Shown one piece after another: positions 61,001 to 64,000 of a stretch of DNA of 64,000 bases (positions are counted from its first letter, which is position 1; each line of letters starts with the position of its first letter). This DNA is from a virus: the IMG/VR virus record IMGVR_UViG_3300043436_005236, positions 1 through 64,000 of that record. The stretch is one strand, 5' to 3'. The notes beneath the pieces were generated by a model that saw only the letters and a list, made by a program, of their open reading frames with translations, ran no database searches and was not told the origin of the DNA. The translations under genes were made by a program, and so were the position numbers.

Positions 61001-62641
61001 ATTTTCTGGAAACACACACCCCACATTTATAACCGGTGATTCGCGCTGCGTGTTAAATGCACTGAGCGTGTTAGGAGACCAGCCAGCGTAACTTTCCTCT
61101 GTAAAATATTGATAGCTTGATGTAGGGGGGTTAGTAGAAAAGAAATTTTCTAAAGCTTTAACATTACACACAGGTCCAGGAAACTCTAAATAAGGCTTAA
61201 GCCAGTCGGAAGTTCCACCCCACGTGCGTAAATACAAGGTAGGTATATTAATTTCATCTTTCGGCAAAACATTACACTTATTAAAATTACCAGCTGCTCT
61301 AACCATTATGCCGCCCTCTCTAATAATTTCATCCACTAAGCTATTAACAGAAACAACAGTTGCATCGAGCAATGTAGCGTATTGATAAGCTGCTTCAAAC
61401 CAACCCCCGTAAATATCTGAAGTATGATTTTTCCACCATGGAGAAGGCATCCTAATATATCCCCAACTATTATTAATAATAGTTGGTCGATTTATACCAA
61501 GCTGCTTTTTGCGCTTAATAAAAGCTTTAATAAGCTTAAGTGCCTGTATTACAGTAATACCATCTTTTGTATAAGTTGTAATGCTTTTTAATGAATATAT
61601 CCTACACCCCGGCGCCCATCCACACGTATTGCCTCCAATAATTGATGCACAAAACGTACCGTGCCCATCTATGTCGGAATAATAATTTGGTGGTAATGTA
61701 CTTACTATTTTTTTATTCGAATCATCAACATATGTTGTCCAATCTTCTCGTATAACGCGACTCGTACCGTCAGGGTTTAAAAATTCTGGGTGATTTAACT
61801 CTACACCTGAATCTAGTACTATTACATCAACATTTTCGCCTATATTTTTTGACGAAAGATCAAATCCTAAACTATATGGATATGTGTTCGTATCACCAGC
61901 AACAGGAGTAAAATGAGTATATAGTCCATAATTACGAGCTTTTGCTCCTGTGTAAGTGCTAAGAGGCAAGCAATAGCTTGCCAATTCATTAAGATCGTAA
62001 AATTTCGTTCCGTCTACTTTAAGATCGCCATATGATATATCATTGTACCATGTTGCATATATCGGTGGTAAAATACCAAACCTACTTTTTCCAATCGCAG
62101 GATATATTTTACGGTCTAGCGCTAATTTGACACCTTCTTGTATTTCATCTTCAAGCTCCACGCACACGACACTTTCGAGAGAATTTATAGATAAAGCTTG
62201 CTCACCTGTTACATCTAAAAATAAAAGATTGGTATCGTGGTAGAAATTAAACTCGTCTATAGGCTCCTTAATACAATCATCTAGTTCATCGCAATAATTA
62301 CAAAGTTTATCGCGCACCTCGCACTTGCAATCGCCGCGTACTGTAACTATTGCTCTGCGCTTATCTGTAAAATTATACTTGTTGTTTAGTGTATCTAATT
62401 TAAATTGACTGCTAGTAACAGTGTGTTGCGAGGGCAGTATAGCGGTGTGAAATGTATTAAAACTGTTTGATAGGTTACTATTAACGTTCATTGTAATAGG
62501 CTCTATATCTGTAGAACCCATTCCTGTCTTTTGCGGTTTGTATATGAATGGACTTAGAGGTAAGGCTTGTGCTAACGAGTTATTAATTAAATCATTATTA
62601 AAAGCACTCTTTCCAGGCAGCATATTTTGATAATCAAGCAT
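58067..62641 (-). CDS. Large subtilisin-like (S8) protease with propeller-like C-terminal region
   Basis: Triad VIVLDSG / DGHGTFCAS / SGTSFACP; NNSWG; AAGN oxyanion motif; TATAAATA at 62665-62672. Confidence 0.88.
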   Translation of the reverse strand: MLDYQNMLPGKSAFNNDLINNSLAQALPLSPFIYKPQKTGMGSTDIEPITMNVNSNLSNSFNTFHTAILPSQHTVTSSQFKLDTLNNKYNFTDKRRAIVTVRGDCKCEVRDKLCNYCDELDDCIKEPIDEFNFYHDTNLLFLDVTGEQALSINSLESVVCVELEDEIQEGVKLALDRKIYPAIGKSRFGILPPIYATWYNDISYGDLKVDGTKFYDLNELASYCLPLSTYTGAKARNYGLYTHFTPVAGDTNTYPYSLGFDLSSKNIGENVDVIVLDSGVELNHPEFLNPDGTSRVIREDWTTYVDDSNKKIVSTLPPNYYSDIDGHGTFCASIIGGNTCGWAPGCRIYSLKSITTYTKDGITVIQALKLIKAFIKRKKQLGINRPTIINNSWGYIRMPSPWWKNHTSDIYGGWFEAAYQYATLLDATVVSVNSLVDEIIREGGIMVRAAGNFNKCNVLPKDEINIPTLYLRTWGGTSDWLKPYLEFPGPVCNVKALENFFSTNPPTSSYQYFTEESYAGWSPNTLSAFNTQRESPVINVGCVFPENNFGFYHENKIINEKSGCLNRGERGSLFIKSEYSNFGETIDLYACGYNVIGATATGSSMTWYNALNDKYGVASGTSFACPQVVGCLVQYLNDNLNATYTDCKDWLYANALSGRIAEFDNTKTVRSTTALFSGSNTANLTSFKLPLIKNYNNYFEEVYNDIGYNNVTILNTTTAVQLPWIYDWKLNSAWHESDGYVFLPALHIYSFSMPVFNKEVSAVFHISSFANPDTVGYNWNNYNTPYYELSSFVFEYWWKLSNSVLPLPIVDSYYLQNPNYIGNEIRVFKKHSTALVYLTSIPHPGNIINSDVLVPKTYRYSPITAPSARKVAMPLVGGLGQQRYTEILNEEETLNTQNLVNFCHITFKNNTLVVGDAGTDCWYIYNKDQNDKFTLTQVISSLEIQDDIVDYYTENERQYPNILKYSDIFRGFGRRRAGKIALSENGEYLAIPMHGYTKRSYLSRNATLSGFARNRGVTVPLSALLDVNNYDGYSFIFDVHYGTGSVTALYRRDNTTYKLLSTLQTSYALSAADTIGNAKNSLSSFIGYNNNSRNTHCIFSGNSALYLSYYAMGVIETQTISGSRGNVEQVWPFWGNSGGHFEIYELDNNIVSGPTSYKADTSFVIGTSAITNTSYFCGSGFSQYWADWGGLPGYELYASNFKQQRRFTNHFFNYYENNNNIFSLDNGTMRNYNYTFAGGGQTDHVVASTEYYSLSPVGVWWVAPTYKDLNGYGYTINLHASGGIGTTTIKTPRTHTIPVVNLYTGMINHENWNIRIAYNDKQWFDRRSITYIAKHNESGNILEVEESTGLVYFSVPDNTSETGYKTFTILHGFTNQYPFMCSRWPVITASYLNGVGDGNFNNFYGSSPVRCCFHDSTTFSILYANESLPTDYQSIYTSPKTARFVTFRINSTDFEDGDSNITAEHVKYNKNIFINGHNIYNSPNLLLQPYPKKYIIADDDSETINFEGRVYKRTSYTKYPVTNT

Positions 62642-62667
62642 AATTTGTAGTTAGTTCTTATTGTTAT

Positions 62668-64000
62668 TTATACGAGGCTGTATACAGCGTTAAATAAAGG
62701 AGGCACAGGTATAGTAGAAAGAGGAAAACTACTCACTGTATAGCCTGTTTGTGTACTCAATCTACCCATCGCAATAGCGTTAGCATCAGCTGCTGTAATT
62801 AGTTGATTAATTGTATATGGGTCTGCTGTCCTGAACCCCCATGGTGCGTTAACCAGTATACCGGTGAGATAAACCGTACTATCAATATTAAGAAAAACCG
62901 GTGTGCCTGAATCTCCATCCCATACATCATATCTAAAGCTCGATAGTGGATGTGCATATGGCTGCGGAGAAATATGCAGCATTATATCATTATATAGTGG
63001 GTATTTACTTGCCGGGGTAGGTGGGATGGTGTTTGTAGCTCTCCCCGCGCCTTGAGATACAGCTATATATGGAGTAGATAGCCCCGTAGTCGCAAAGCTA
63101 GTAAGCTCCAAAAAATCCATCACGCCCCCCCTGTACGAACTTTCAAGATTCGTAGCCCACATAGTTTTTTCATGCAACCGATCGAGTATAGGCGTCACAT
63201 GCAAACCTAAAGCTTCCATATCACGATCTAACACCGCTACAGCTAAATCTGCTGTAGGGTCAGAAGCTTGGTGAAGTTGTGTACAGCTTACAGGTATATT
63301 ATTCGAAGTAACAAACGTTAAATCGCACTGTGTGTTTAGATTTGGAGGCCATGTGCCTTTAGCTTGCGGATGCGCATGCTGACAATATAGAACATGTCTT
63401 GGCGTTATTAATACACCACCAAACGACTCATACCCAAACGTTTTATATACCACGCATCCAGTAAATTGCTCTGCCAGGTCTGGTAGTGCGTCTCTTTCCC
63501 TGCACCATAAATTTGGATTACGTACATATGTTCTAGTATTATGATTCTTTACCGTGAACATATTCATACTCGCTGAACCGCCAGGTTGATTAGTAGTTCT
63601 TGCTAAAATCTCCTGACACGCGTTTGCAGCATAACGATACCCAGATAGTGTAATGTAAAAAGGCGCAGACGTATAACTTTCTACACCTCTATGATTTTGT
63701 GCCGATATAGAGAACTGCAAGAGACAATTATCAGCAGTCGGTGTATGGGTAAAAGTATTAGCTGTATTAGGTATTGGTACTCCGTTTTGCAACCACAGTG
63801 CACTTAGCGGTTGTGGAAAAAGAGGTTTATTTAAAACAGAATCCTTTACATTCGCAAACAATTCTCTGTCAAAAGTGTGTTGTAAAGAACTAAACGCTAC
63901 CCTGAAAGTCGTGCCTGGTTGATTTAGACCGTCATTATTATAAGGTGCTAAAAATTGATCGCCATAACGAGTAAAGAGACCCTGTCCAGCATCAGATCTA
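62668..64000 (-). CDS. Trypsin-like (S1) serine protease domain protein, 5' end outside the window
   Basis: GGVLITPRHVLYCQH, DLAVAVL, GDSGTPVF; the frame stays open from 63861 to the window end. Confidence 0.8.
   Translation of the reverse strand, partial: RSDAGQGLFTRYGDQFLAPYNNDGLNQPGTTFRVAFSSLQHTFDRELFANVKDSVLNKPLFPQPLSALWLQNGVPIPNTANTFTHTPTADNCLLQFSISAQNHRGVESYTSAPFYITLSGYRYAANACQEILARTTNQPGGSASMNMFTVKNHNTRTYVRNPNLWCRERDALPDLAEQFTGCVVYKTFGYESFGGVLITPRHVLYCQHAHPQAKGTWPPNLNTQCDLTFVTSNNIPVSCTQLHQASDPTADLAVAVLDRDMEALGLHVTPILDRLHEKTMWATNLESSYRGGVMDFLELTSFATTGLSTPYIAVSQGAGRATNTIPPTPASKYPLYNDIMLHISPQPYAHPLSSFRYDVWDGDSGTPVFLNIDSTVYLTGILVNAPWGFRTADPYTINQLITAADANAIAMGRLSTQTGYTVSSFPLSTIPVPPLFNAVYSLV

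Noticed and set aside
1-64000. Stop-codon reassignment
   Set aside because: Core genes are full-length in the standard code, and TAA, TAG and TGA all end tightly packed genes.

Overview
This window is a 64 kb, AT-rich, gene-dense segment of a large T4-like myophage, almost entirely the tail and virion morphogenesis region. The minus strand carries the tail core: large terminase, gp3-like tail terminator, gp18 sheath, gp19 tube, gp54/gp48-like tube paralogues, two gp26-like hub proteins, a tape measure protein with two muralytic domains, gp53, gp27-like hub, gp25 and gp6. It also carries a long run of accessory baseplate and fibre genes (PKD, LamG, L-type lectin, Mtd_N, tail collar, YadA-like) and two large serine-protease proteins (S8 and S1). 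A dUTPase and a clamp loader sit inside the baseplate block. No portal, major capsid, tRNA, CRISPR, integrase or reverse transcriptase is visible. The main finding is a plus-strand four-gene glycosylation operon behind perfect T4-type late promoters: a GT60 polypeptide alpha-GlcNAc transferase, a GT34-like/O-methyltransferase fusion, an uncharacterised GT-like protein with a lectin-like tail, and an HtrL-like/GT-A fusion. It converges on two proteins with long Thr-Pro mucin-like stalks, which suggests a phage-encoded mucin-type O-glycosylation system for the virion surface. Other notable signals are a second gp14-like neck gene end at the window start, 58 kb from the first; TAAATA boxes 5-8 nt before start codons with no Shine-Dalgarno (likely leaderless mRNAs); and an in-frame internal promoter and start. 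All family calls come from motif recognition by eye; no database search was run.
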